Source: Scyliorhinus canicula (taxonomy: Eukaryota). From it: a DNA stretch of 64,000 nucleotides. Both the position numbers and the translations under genes were made by a program. Location: positions 6,606,784-6,670,783 of the forward strand of contig NC_052165.1 in assembly GCF_902713615.1 (NCBI RefSeq). The letters are read 5' to 3'. Shown here one piece after another: positions 50,541 through 63,514 of this stretch. Position 1 is the first letter of the stretch; each line of letters opens with the position of its first letter. The notes beneath the pieces are model-generated. The model ran no database searches, was not told where the DNA came from, and worked only from the letters and a program-made list of their open reading frames with translations.

Positions 50541-50962
50541 CTTGTATCTTTATAGGTTTACAATTATGTTTTTCTTCAATGATTAAACTGCACCAGAATT
50601 GCACAAATGACAGAATACCAATTGAAAATAGACAGAGGGGTACATTTTCCAATCCAGCCCGTCACGGGAAATGTCGCGGGCAGGACTGACAATTTAATGG
50701 ACCATTAGAAGGACCTTTGACTTCGGGTCGGAATTTCCAGGTCCCGGGCGAGCAGGACCAGAACATTCTCCGCGGAATTCTCCCATCCCGTCCGCAGCAG
50801 GTTTAGTGGCCGGCAGGAGCGGAGGATCTGACCCGATCCAAAAAGTCGGAAACCTGCCGGAGCAAAATCAGATTGCAATTTTCCCAATAGCGGGTTAATG
50901 GCGAGTCAGTCTTTCCGCTGATGGGTGGCATCAATGCCATGTGATGATATGGGCTCCCTGGT

Positions 50963-51227
50963 TGATGCACGATCAATCACTACTGGAACGAAGGAGTAGT
51001 CCGAATTGAAGGCTTTAATCTACAAGGTGTTTCCCCAGCAGCTCGAGTACAGAAAGAAGAATGGCTGCTGGGAAACACAGGTTCTTATACCCTGCCTCAT
51101 TGGGCGGAGCTACCTTATGTCTGGACTAATGAAAAGGCAAACAGTTGGGCCAATGAGCAGTGAGCTTTCTCCACCAATGGTAGCTCACATTCCCAGGTAC
51201 CGTAGTACCTCTAGTCATACTACCACA
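50963..51227 (-). mobile_element. solo LTR (TGTGGT...CATCA lineage)
   Basis: Perfect TSD CTGGT; minus-strand TATAAG and ATTAAA. Confidence 0.92.
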
Positions 51228-51239
51228 CTGGTAGCAGAG

Positions 51240-51777
51240 CCTGAACTGCAAGAGCTTCCAATCCGTCAACATGCATTTGGTGTGCGACCTTCGAAAGCTC
51301 ATTCTGCATGTGTGCACACGGTTCCCTGGGAGTTTCCATGGCTCCTACATTCTCATCGCTCCCAGCGCCTCGGATCAAAGGGTCAGAAAGTCTATAGGGA
51401 TGGTTTCTGGGGAATAACGCTACCCACTTAAACACTGGCTCCTGAGTCCGGGGCATTTCCCTTGACTCCAGCTGCTCACGGCACCACACGCTCCCTCAGA
51501 GAAGACCATTGGTCTGCTGAAGATGCGATTCAGATTCCTGGACCGCTCTGGTTTCTCTCTGCAATATACACCACAGAGGGTTTGTCGCATGATCGCAGTT
51601 TGCTGTGTCCTTCACAATCTGGCTATGCAGAGAGGTGAGGTCATGCCAGAGGGTAAACTGGAGGAGGAGGATGAGGGCGAGGAGGTGCAGGAAGCCCAGG
51701 GGGATACTGAGGGACAACATAGCACCATGAGGGAGGGGAGAATTGGGAGGCATGTCCTAATAGCTGACAGGTTCTAG
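51240..51777 (+). pseudogene. Harbinger (HARBI1-like) DDE transposase C-terminal remnant
   Basis: HVCTRFPGSFHGSYIL, GWFLG, EKTIGLLKMRFRFLDRSG..LQYTPQRV...CCVLHNLA, then an acidic tail. Confidence 0.85.
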
Positions 51778-52671
51778 GAGAAGGAAAACTAAGTCCAATC
51801 ATCAGGAGACATGTCCTCCAGCCCTTCAAGCCATCTCGTGACTTCTCAAAGAATAGCTAAACCATTGCTGAGAGGGTATGTCCAGCATTCGCATTTGAAA
51901 ATGCTCGCCACTCACTACGGTCAGACATTAGCTGTGGTCATCGGCGTCCTCTTAATGTGCTCATCCTGTCAACTTAAATTCCAGGAAGGCGATACAGCGA
52001 TGTGAGATAATGCTGGACATTTCCCACATCACACATCGAAGGAGGCAAACACTGCCATGAAGGAAATGTGGATTAGCGAGGGGCTCTCATGCTAAAGCAC
52101 ATGCCTTGGTTTCAGAGAGTGGCAATCAGCCATTGCTATCCCATGAGGACTAATGATTTAGAACTCACCCATCATACTCTCCGAATAAAGAATTACACAC
52201 ATCTCCCTGACAACACACAAGGGCCTGGTACCGAGTGGCTCCGAGATTGACATTGCCTGAATGTTACTCTGAAAAAGGGAGACTCTGAGTGTGAGGAAGG
52301 CTGAACCTGGGAATAAGAGGATTGCAAACATCCAAAATGCCTCCATATGACCATTACATTCACGTATCTATGGAATGGTTTGCAAAAGGTGCAAGTTATT
52401 CACTGTGACAGAGCACCTGTGACCCTGAGGTTACATCAAAACTTCTTAACTTTCCAAACCCTGCCAATCGGCCTTGGTGCAACCCAGAAATCCGCAGGAA
52501 GCTGCGCGTAGACCGCTGACCGCTACGTCCTGATATCAGTGATGACTTGGCGGATACCTTTTGGTGGCCTGAACCCTGAAGAGGCCGGCCTCATAAAGGG
52601 GCTCCTCGCAGGGTAGAAGCACCCATGGTGTCCTGTGCTGCTGGAGTTGGGCAGGGGAATCTAGCGGCAAC

Positions 52672-53238
52672 GAAGTCACGTCTTGACTCCCCAAACCTGT
52701 CCACCATCTACACTGCACAAGTCAGGAGTGTGATGGAATACTCTCCACTTGCCTGGATGAGTGCAGCTCCAACAACACTCAAGAAGTTCGACACCATCCA
52801 GGACAAAGCAGCCCGCTTGATTGCTCCTCCTTCCACAAACATTCAAACCCTCCACCACCGACGAACAGTGGCAGCCGTGTGTACCATCTACAAGATGCAC
52901 TGCAGGAACTCACCAAGGTTCCTTCGGCAGCACCTTCCCACAACCACTACCATCTAGAAGGACAAGAGAAGCAGATACCTGGAAACCCCACCACCTGGAG
53001 GTTGCCCTCCAAGTGACTCCATCACCCTGACTTGGAAATATATCGCCGCTCCTTCACCGTCGCTGGGTCAAAATCCTGGAATTCTTTCATGAACGTCATT
53101 TTGAGTGTACATACACCTCAGGGACTGCAGTGGTTCAAGAAGGCAGCCCACTACCACCTTCTCAAGGGCAATTAGGGTTGGGCAATAAATGCTGGCCTAG
53201 CCAGTGACGCCCACATCCGACGAATGAATTTTTAAAAA
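52672..53238 (+). mobile_element. CR1/L2-group LINE 3' fragment
   Basis: YTAQVRSVMEYSPLAW; tail GGGCAATAAATGCTGGCCTAGCCAGTGACGCCCACATC. Confidence 0.88.
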
Positions 53239-53494
53239 CTGCAAGAGGGGCTTATCCCAACACCAGCATTACTTATAGGGGTAACCATGCAACGTCAAGG
53301 TGAGGTGCTTCCACTTAATCCTGCTGGTGCTGAGTGAGTGGGTCGTACAATGTTTGGTGTTATTCAGATAGATTTGTTAATGGTTTTTGATGGATTGTTA
53401 TTTAATTTTGACAAGAAACTCGAAGGAGGTTGATAGAGGTTAGTGGAAAGTCTGCTTCAGTATTGGGCGTAGTGTTGCATGGATTTCGGCTGCA

Positions 53495-53802
53495 GCATAG
53501 AATCATAGAATCCCTACAGTACAGAAAGAGGCCATTCAGCCCTTTGGGTCTGCACCAACCCTTTGAAAAACCACTGTAGCTAGGCTGTACACTCTGTAAC
53601 CTCACCCTAAGAGGCAATTTAACATGGCCAATCCACCTAACCTGCACATCTTTGGACTGTGGGAGGAAACAGGAGCATCCGGAGGAAACCCACGCAGACA
53701 TGGGTAGAACGTGCAGACTCTGCATAGACAGTCACCCAAGGCCGGAATCGAACCTGGGACCCTGGCGCTGTGTGGCAGCAGTGCTAACCACTGTGCCACC
53801 CC
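53495..53802 (-). mobile_element. HE1-type V-SINE
   Basis: (CATAGAAT)2 tail, V-core, head. Confidence 0.9.
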
Positions 53803-53899
53803 ATGATTTGGAGAAAGAGCAGGGAAGGAAAAATCTACACAGAGGGAGGAGGCGGAGAAGAGCTCTCACTAAATGGCTAAACTCCACCCTCCCCCACCC

Positions 53900-54700
53900 C
53901 CTCCCCCCCTACCTCCACCTCAGCCAGGTGTGGTTTGTGAGGAAATTGCATTTCGCCAAGGAGTGGTCACTGAACTGTGCCGCCTCCTCCAACCAGACCA
54001 GCAGCCTCACAGTAAGGCAAGTATACTGCTCTCAGAAGCCATCAAGATCACTATCACCCTAGGTTTCTCGACCAGTGGAACCTTCCAGGACATCTCAACA
54101 TCTTACGCCATCACCACAGTGACAGAGGTTCTGCAAGAGGATTTCACCATCTTCTCACTGACCGCAAGGACTCATTGAGTCAACACGTGGCTTTGCCAAG
54201 ATGCTGGGGGTAACTGACAGCACGCACATGGCTCTGGGGGCCTCCCATATTGATGGGGAAAAGTTCCATCACCCCAAGGCTATCACCCTAACAATGCCCA
54301 GTTGGTGTGCAGCCATTCCCAGATGATCTTTTCAGCGCACATCTGCTATCATGCAAGCATCTACATTCACCCCAGAACCCCGGTACCCACCATCTTTGAC
54401 CCTTCACGAAGAATCAGAGACTGGTTGCTGGATAGCAGGGGATACCCGCTAAACACCTGAATAATGATTCCCCTAATCCTAACCTTAATCCCAACCCGAC
54501 CATGTGAGGATAATGGGAGCCATGCAGCAACCAGGAACGGCACAGAGCAAACTATTTGTGTTCGGAAGCAACATTTATGCTGCCTGGATTGCTGGAGTCC
54601 GTCACTATTCGTCAGAGTGTCTCTCTAGATTTATGGTGGTCTGCTGTGGACTCTCTAACTTTGCTATCGCAAAGGCATAGCCTTCGTCAAGATGCATTTG
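53900..54700 (+). pseudogene. Harbinger transposase remnant
   Basis: VVTELCRLLQPD, KITITLGFSTSGTFQ, GFAKMLGVTDSTHMAL (IDCTH-like motif), WLLDSRGYPL. Confidence 0.8.
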
Positions 54701-54772
54701 GAGGCCACTCGAGCAGAGGGGGAGGAAGAAGAGTAGGAGGAAGAGGAGGAAGCATCCGGGACCCCTTCACTC

Positions 54773-55200
54773 TGTAAGAGCTGTTTGCAAGCAAATACTC
54801 AGACTCCAGCTTCCCTTATCACACATCATCTCAGTACTGCGTATGTACCTGTCTATGGCTTTTAATGATTTCTGTGGCTGGAGATCTAAATCTCTCCGTT
54901 CTGTGGTGATGTGCCTGTGAATAATTTTGTACACAGTTGGTAATGTGACCTCCAACCAGCTGGTGGCATCAGACATCGGGCATGTGACGAGATTCACTTG
55001 CCAGTTGGTAGTAAGCCGTACAACAGGACAGTCGCACACAGGGTAGCTCCAGGAGAGGTCACCAAACTCACATCGTAACTCTGTCTGTGTAGCAATCTAT
55101 TTGTTATCTTTCCACGTGTTCATCAATAAATCATCGTTCCAGTCAAACTACTAGATGCTCAGTGTACATCATTACAACAACAAGATCGCAGAACACATCA
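54773..55200 (+). mobile_element. solo LTR
   Basis: TGTAAG...CATCA; TSD CACTC/CATTC; AATAAA at about 55125. Confidence 0.8.
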
Positions 55201-55759
55201 CATTCCTCCACTTTCCTAGATTCTCAATGTTTAGAAAACACTCTGGTATATCTATCGGAAGGCCAAAGTAGATGATCTCACAGTTGCCTCCGTTGAACTT
55301 GATCTGCCAGTTTTACCAACTCACTTAATCTATCAATATCCCTTTGTGATGTAACTAAGTGGCCCAGATAAACTGACCAAACATTTTCTCTGGGAAAAAT
55401 AGTAAAAAGAAGCTCTTAATAAATCAAACCTTTCTTGGATGCAGCACATACCAGAACTGATATATGGAGAAGGATTTGTCGGAATTGATTACAAATGGAA
55501 AAAGTCACAGTTCTGGTCCTGCTATATTACAATTTCTTACACTCCTGACACAGTTGTGACCCTCATACATTCTATTACTTCATACTTTGTTGTGTCAGAT
55601 TATTTTTTTACAATTGGGTAAAATTAAACATTCTTTCACTTAAAAATGAAGAACCATTAGGATCTTCATTTGTAAGGAACCCAATCCCTGCTTTTGAAGG
55701 CCTCTGCGGACACTGAAAAAGGGCCCAATTGGATTTCATTCTGTTCAGGTGATTTATGA

Positions 55760-56480
55760 GGATATAAATTAGGAGCAGGGTTAGGCCATTCGGCCCCTCA
55801 AGCCGGTTCCGCCATTCCATAAAATCCGATTGTCACCTGAACTCCACATTACCACCCACCCTCCGATATCCTTTCATAGAATCATAGAATCCCTACAGTG
55901 CAGAAGGAGGCTATTTGGCCCATCGAGTCTGCATCGACCCTCTGAAAGAGCATCCTACCTGGGCCCACTCCCCTGCCCTATCCCTGTAACCCCATAACCC
56001 CACCTAACCTTTGAACACTAAGGGGAAATTTAGCACGGCCAAACCACCTAACCTGCATACCTTTGGACTCTGGGAGAAAACTGGAGCACCCGGAGGAAAC
56101 CCACGCAGACACGGGGAGGATGTACAAATTCCACACAGACACTCACCCAAGGTCGGAATTGAACCTCCTAGTGCTGTGAGGCAGCAGTGCTAACCACTAT
56201 GCCACCATGCCGCCCCAAGGGATCACCCCCTTGCTGATCAAAAATGTATTTACCTCTACCTTAAAAAGTTCCAAACACTCACGACAATTTGAGAGAAAAC
56301 ATTTCTTCGCATCTCTGTATGAAATGAGTGAGCCGTTACTTTTAAACAGTGACCCCTGGTCCTAGATCCTTCCACAAGAGGAAACATCTTTTCCCTATCC
56401 ATATGTCTGATCGTATATGTTTCAATCAAGTCGCCGCTTACTCTTCCAAACACTAGTGGATACAAGCTCAGCCTGTCCAA
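55760..56480 (-). mobile_element. CR1 3' fragment containing an HE1 insertion
   Basis: GDLIETY..MFPLV..RTRGH..EMRRNVFSQ. Confidence 0.8.
55873..56216 (-). mobile_element. HE1-type V-SINE
   Basis: Complete head, core and CR1 tail. Confidence 0.9.
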
Positions 56481-57074
56481 TCCTTTCTCTTAAAATTCCA
56501 GAGATTATTCATTTCAGAACATACCTATTCTGTGCATTCTGAAATATCCTCTTAAATGCCTGTCACTGTATCTCGGTTAACCTATCCCAGTTAACTTTAG
56601 ATAACCATGTTTTTGTGCCCTCCAGGTTGGCTTATTTAAGTTTAAAATACTAGTCTTGGACCCACTCATCTCTCCCTCAAACTGAATGTGAAATTCAATC
56701 ATATAATGATTGCTGCTGCCTTGTGGTGCATTCATGATGAAGCCATTAATCAATTTTATCGTGTTGCACAATACCAGGGGTGGAACTCTCAGTTTCGGAG
56801 ATTATGTTCTCCCACTGGAGAAAAAACGCAACTGTTTGGGTCCACGCTGGGAGCACAAATCCGCAAGCGATTCACAGTCCCCTACCATGCAAATTCATGC
56901 ATGGTGGGGACTGTGAGGGATTCTCTAGCATATCCTGTTATCAGGCCACCATTTTGAGAGGGCAGCCCGATAGCGAGGTCAAGCGGCTGCCCCCCCCCCC
57001 CCCCCAATCAATGCAATTCAACCTCCCCCTGGATTTTCTGGGTCACCCCCCCCCCCCTTCCGAATGTGTGTGAC

Positions 57075-57415
57075 CCGATCCTCCCCCCCAACCAGAGACC
57101 CCCATTTGGGAGACCCCACCAAGTACAGAGACCCCCACCAGGGATGTCCCCACCACAGAGAACCCTGCCAGAGACCTTCAGCTATGGAGATCCCCCTCAG
57201 AGACCCCCATAAGAGAGGCCACCACCAGAGAGCCCAATTATAGAGACCCCCACAAATACCCCCATAAGTGAGACCCCCAGGAGATTCCTCCATCACAGAG
57301 CGCACCAGAGATCCCCAATTACAAAGGCCTCCACCAGAGACCCCCCATGAGAGAGACCCTCACCAGAGACCCACAATTACAGAGACCCTCCCCCCCCCCT
57401 CATAAGAGAGACCCC
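57075..57415. repeat. degenerate CAGAGACCCC minisatellite inside a probable MITE starting about 56777
   Basis: Recurring AGAGACCCC motif; TIR-like GGGGTGGAACTCTC upstream. Confidence 0.7.
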
Positions 57416-58934
57416 TGTCTGGAAGCTGGAGAGCAGTCCAGACAGAGGCAGCACAAGAGAATCACTGTTTTAACACTCACCTGCTGGCTCAGACACAGGA
57501 AGCTGCACCTGGAAATTCCTGGAAATGGAAAACCAGTCAGCTGGGTTTGAACCCCCTCAGATATCTGCAAGCCTTTCATTCATATCTATGTGAAATTGCT
57601 TTAACTAGGTTGTGATTGACAGCTTGCACACACATGCAGCTATTTGCATTGTTTAATTCATTTCTCTTCAAGCTTGAGTGGATTTCAAACGGTCAGTTGT
57701 GAAAGTAATGCAATGTTTATGAACATCTAGCTATGATTGACAGTTCCGCGACTGCCAAGACAGGTAAGTGCTCTCACTTCTTTTTCTCGCAGAAAGCACT
57801 TAACTGTCTTTGATGTGGACCAGGAGTGGTCCAGGAGCTATCAATCATAGACAGATGTTTATAAACACTGCAGTTAGTTTTACAGTGCTATCAGTTGATC
57901 TGTTTTGTTGTGAATGCCATGCACATTGAGATACAGACCCTAAGCTTTGTCCATTTATTATTTTTGTAACATTAGCCGTATCTGATGATTTATATTTAGA
58001 TTTGTACTCTCTATACCTTCCTGTCACGGTCTGCTTATAATTCCCATATTACTAATTTTCTCACTTGCCTTGTCTCTATTCTTTGATTTGCCGCACCTTA
58101 TACCACATCTTTCCCGCGTATATGACGTATATGATATGATCTTCCCAAATTTGATCTCTTGCCCCCCACTATTTAGTTTAAAACCCTCTCTACTTCTCTG
58201 GCTACCCAACTCACTAGAACGCTGGTCCCTACATGGTTAAGGTATGGACTGTCCCCACAGTCCGGCCCCCACTGTCTCCATTACTGGTGCCAGAACTCAC
58301 TTCTCCCACACCAATATTCGAGCCTCGCACTCATCTCTTTCATTTTATTTACCCCCATACCAGGGCTGCCCAAACCTCATTGACTTGAGATCTACTTTTT
58401 TGACTGTCATCCTAACGCAATCTCCCAGCACAGTCTGTACCCCTGCCCCACGGGGACATTTACGGAACAATATCAGCCTTATGCTTCCTGTCTATGGATA
58501 CTGAGAACAAAAAATGCACCAGGAACGCTCTTGCACACGATTATGCAAAGTCTGATCAGGAAATTCTTTTTTCTTCCATTTTAAAGTAAATCTTACAAGT
58601 CTATACTGAGGCTTATCAGGAGTACAGAATCTATTAATGGTTTGACATTCACAAAAAATAATGATGTGCGTGGTTCTTTACTTCACTCATGCGATGCTCT
58701 GCATTGCATGGTGTCAGCAAGCTTTGCATAATCGGGACAGTAACTGCTGATTGTCAGTCTCAAGCAGACATCCAGGTGGTTACCTGTCAGAGTAAGCCAG
58801 GCTTTGCATTTGATGATCTTCTTGTGTGAGGAAGCTGACGCACAAAGGTAGGCGGATCTGAAAGATGCTGCCAAGCGCATGGCCGCCTTTATCATATTTG
58901 GATATTTTTCCTCAACGTTCCAAAGGACTCCCCC

Positions 58935-60885
58935 ACTCTACCATACCACCAAGCCAGGATCAACCCTGGTTCAATGAAGAGTGCAGGACAGCATGCCAGG
59001 AGCAACGTCAGGCAGACCGAAAAATGAAATGTCGGCCTGGTGAAGCTACAACACAGGCACAAGATGCAAGTGATAGACAGAGTTAAGCAATTCCATAACA
59101 AACTCATCAGATCTAAGCTCTGCAGTCCTGCCACATCCAGCCGGGAATGGTGGTGGACAAATAAACAACTCACTGGAGGAGGAGGCTCCACAAATATCCC
59201 CATTCTCACTCGATGATGGAAGAGCCCAGCACATCGGTACAAAAGACGAGGCTGAGGCATTCGCAACAATCTTCAGCCAGAAGTGCTGAGTGGATGATCC
59301 ATCTCGGTCTCCTCCGAGATGTCAGATGTCAGTCTTCAGCCAATACGATTCACTCCATGTGATATCAAGAAACGGCTGAAGGCACTGGGCACTGCAAATG
59401 CTATGGGCCCTGATAATATTCTGGCAATAGTGCTGAGGACTTGTGCTCCAGAACTTGCCGCACCCCTAGCCAAGCTGTTCCAGCACAGCTACAACACTGG
59501 CAACTACCCAGCAATGTGGAAAATTGCCCAGGTGTGTCCTGTACTCAAGAAGCAAGACAAATCCAACCCAGCCAATTACCGCCCTCTCAGTCCACTCTCA
59601 ATCATCAGCAAAGTGATGGAAGGAGTCATCAACAGAGCTATCAAGCGGCACTTATTCAGGACCTGCTCACGGACGCTCAGAATGGGTTCCGCCAGGGTCA
59701 CTCAGCTCCTGACCTTATTAGAGCCTTGCTTCAAACATGGACAAAAGAGCTGAATGCCAGAGGTGAGGTAAGAGTGACTACCCTTGACATCAAGACAGTA
59801 TTTGACAGCATCAAGGAACCCTAGCTAAACTGGAGCCAATGGGAATCAGGGCGAAAATTCTCCGCTGGTTGGAGTCATACCCGGCACGAAGGAAGATGGT
59901 TTGCTGGTTGGAGGTCAATCATTTCAGCTCCAGGACATCACTGCAGGAGTTCCTCAGTCCTCAGCCCAACCATCTTCAGCTGTGTCATCAATGACTTCCC
60001 TTCCATCATAAGATCAGAAGTGGAGATGTTTGCAGATTACTGCACAATATTCAGTACTATTCATGACTCCTCAGATAATGAAGCAATCCATGTCTAAATG
60101 CAGCAACTCCTGGATAATATCCTGGCTTGGGCTGACAAATGGCAAGTTACATTCATGCCACACAAGTGCCAGGCAATGCCCAACTCCCACAAGAGAGGAT
60201 CTAACCATTGCCCCTTGACATACAATGGCATTACCATTGCAGAATCCCCCACAATCAACATTCTGGGGGTTATCATTGATCAGAAATTGAACTGGACTAG
60301 CCATATTAATACTGTGGCTATCAGGGCAGATCAAAGGCTAGAAATCCTGCCTCATGACCCCCCAAAGCCTGTCCACCATCTACAAGGCACAAGTCAGGAG
60401 TGTAATGGAATACTCTCCACTTGCCTGGATGAGAGCAGCTCCAACAACACTTAAGTAGCTCGACACCATACAGGAAAAAGCAGCCCCGCTTCAATTCTCC
60501 CCCTTCCACAAACATTCAAACCCTCCACCTTCGATGAACAGTGGCAACTACAAGATGCACTGCAGTAACTCACCAAGGTTCTTTAGACAGCACCTTCCAA
60601 ACTGACGTCCACTACCATCTAGAAGTAGATACCTGGGAACCCCACCACCTGGAAGTTCCCCTCCAAGTCACTCACCATCCTGACTTGGAAATATATCGGC
60701 CGTTCCTTCACTGTCACTGAGTCAAAATTCTGGAGCTCTCCCTAACAGCACAGTGGGTGTACCTACACCTCAGGGACTTCAACGGCTCAAGAAGGCAACT
60801 CACCACCACCTTCTCAAGGGCAACTAGGGATGGGCAATAAATACTGGCCTAACCAGCCACGCCCACATCCTGTCAATAAAAAAAG
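58935..60885 (+). mobile_element. 5'-truncated CR1/L2-group LINE (RT domain)
   Basis: PWFNEEC, MGPDNI, NYRPLS, LDIKTVFD, GVPQ, FAD; 3' tail as at 53.2 kb, plus an A-run. Confidence 0.9.
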
Positions 60886-61039
60886 TCGATAAAACTCTTT
60901 CACGATTAATTGGTCGACGGCTATCGCCATCTTGAGCACCACTGCCTTATGTCAATTTGCGTGTGGCTCAATTAATAATTAATTAATTAGAATTCATTGA
61001 TTTATCACCTAGACCCTCACACACTCTATGCAGAACCTC

Positions 61040-61200
61040 TTTCCTAGTTACACCTGTGCCCGTGGACATGAGGAGTCTCCTCCGACTCTGGTTCTCACTC
61101 ATTTCCTGGAAGGCTAGGCACCGTCTGTAAACCCTGGGCCGAGTGGCCGTGCTCTGGGGGTCCTCCCTCTGGCAGCTGAGACGGCCACCCCATGCCCCCC
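61040..61200 (-). pseudogene. Harbinger transposase N-terminal fragment
   Basis: PRVYRRCLAFQEMSENQSRRRLLMS resembles HARBI1-like N-termini. Confidence 0.55.
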
Positions 61201-61777
61201 TGCACAGGGCATTTGTCAGTGTAGGTGCCACTGCATCAACACATTTTGGAGCAGGGGCGCCAGCTGAGGTTTATAGACTTTGCCCGTTGACACGAACCTT
61301 GGACATCTGATCAGCCTCTGAACAGATGCTGAAGGTAACCCTTGGCATTCACTAAAAGGGGAGTTCAGCACACAAAGGGTTAATAGCTGAACAGAAATCA
61401 GTGGCATTAACATCAGAGCAGAGTTAGTGGATATAATTGACTAATTTGTCAAAGCAAAGGAATGTTCATTGACTAGTGGGTCAGTAATGTAGCAGGCAAG
61501 GGTGAGTTAGTTGACCTCATGCCTCCATATTACAGTTAAGATGCTCAGGCATTTACTCACCTGCCCCCATAGCACCCTCTCCCCCAGTTGGGCATCATAC
61601 AAACCTTGTCTGCTGGAAACCCATTTATCCAGCCCAGTAGCCATACCTCCCGGCCCATTTTCAGGGCCCTTCGAGGAGGTAGAGGCCCTTCAGCTCAGGA
61701 TTTCAGACTCCGGATGGGTGAGCCTCAAAAGTGGACTCCTACCATTCCAGTCATCGACTCCTTTACCCTTTAAGGGC

Positions 61778-62025
61778 ATAGAAAGCTTCTTCCCCACTGT
61801 TACCAGACTCCTAAATGAACCACTTATGGACTGACCTCATTAACACTAAACCCTGTATGCTTCACCCGATGCTGGTGTTATCTACTTACATTGTGTACCT
61901 TGTGTTGCCCTATTATGTATTTTATTTTATTTCCTTTTCTTTTCAAGTACTTAATGATCTGCTCAGCTGCTCGCAGAAAAATACTTTTCACTGTACCTCG
62001 GTACACGTGAAAATAAACAAAATCC
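61778..62025 (+). mobile_element. Rex1/Babar-like LINE 3' end
   Basis: ORF end SFFPTVTRLLN; tail stem-loop CTTTTCACTGTACCTCGGTACACGTGAAAATAAA. Confidence 0.7.
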
Positions 62026-62583
62026 AGTTCCCCGTTCTCTGAGACACGTCACTGCCTGACCCCCCACTGACCCAACCTCCTGTTGCTGACTCCTTCTCCA
62101 GCTGATGAACTGCTACAGCACCCCCAACACCGTTCAGCCCCTGTGCCTCCCTGTGCCCGGGTGACATCGCCCTGGTCAGATCCTGTTCCCCGGTGACCCC
62201 ACTTCAACCCTGTTCAGCCCCTATGTCCCGGTGCTCGAAGGCAGCCCCCCCCCCCTCCGCCCAGTCACCCAATAACACAACATTAACACAACATTGTCGC
62301 TGGCAGGCCAGTTTGGGCCAATGTTTCAGATCGATGACCTTTAGTCAGAATAATCAGCCTGCCTGTTTGGTTTGAGTTAAACCTGAATAACAAGAATATC
62401 CACGATAGGATTTCTCACTAATGGAAATTTTCATGGGGATACCTGCCAAGTTGAAATGAAATAAAAATGATACCCTGCCTACAGATATTAAAAGTAAATA
62501 GATTTCTTTTGACTAAAATGAGAGATTGGTTTTCCCATCTGACTCAGTATGACTTGTCATCCATGCCTTCCAGGAAGAGGTTT

Positions 62584-62930
62584 GGTGGCACAGTGGTTAG
62601 CACTGCTGCCTCACAGCGCCAGGGACCCGGGTTCAATTCCGACCTTGGGTCATTGTTTGTGTGTTTCCTCCGGGTGCTCCGGTTTCCTGCCACAGTCCAA
62701 AGATGTGCAGGTTAGACATAATAAGCGAGGCCGTAATAAGCGAGGTTTCCCGTGAGCACCGCGACGGTCTCATTGGCGAGATCCTGACCGCTATCTAACG
62801 GCACTTGGTCATTATTTTGAGGGAAGAGGGCAGCAGACTAGACCTGGAAGAGTGCTCTTTCAGAGGGTCAGTGCAGACTCAATGGGCCAAATGGCCTCCT
62901 TCTGCACTGTCGGGGTTCTATGATTCTATA
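62584..62930 (+). mobile_element. HE1-type SINE with unrelated sequence at about 62715-62840
   Basis: Head and V-core to 62715; CR1 tail 62845-62930. Confidence 0.75.
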
Positions 62931-63514
62931 CCGCAGAACTGGACATTTCAGTGAATGGTCAGTGGTTGTTCCCAAACCTTTTTTATCCTGGGTCAATGTC
63001 GAGGAAACCAGGACTGAAGGATTTAACATAATTTGGAAAACACAGTTCTCAATAATTAAATAAACTAAACTCACTGAACGATCCACATCCATGAGCTTAA
63101 TTACTCACTGAAATAATTCCACTTGTTTGGTAAGGTACAATTTCACAATGCAATGTTAAGTACGATGACTCTAATTTTTGAATGTTTATCTAAAGCTTTC
63201 TGCCAAATGCATTGAAACATTTTCCCTACTTTGGATATCAAATTAGGTGAGCTAGAGTTAGAAGACTGAAGCATCACTCCTGTTTTGAATAGTGCCACTG
63301 CATTTGACTTCCTCTGTTTTGATTTATTTCCCCAGCATTTATCGAGTGTTAACCAATTGCCTGAGTAATTTATTTATTTGATTCTTGGGGCTTTCGAGGG
63401 AAAGTCACAAGCTGAAGTGGTATGAGAAAGGAATAAACAGCTTTGGGGTAAAATGATTGAATGCTGTGCCTTGACTGGAGCAGCTGCAGGCAGGGAAGCA
63501 GACACAGAATCCTG

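Noticed and set aside
51523-51777. Host HARBI1 gene
   Set aside because: Frameshifted, fragmentary and present in several copies; a transposon remnant.
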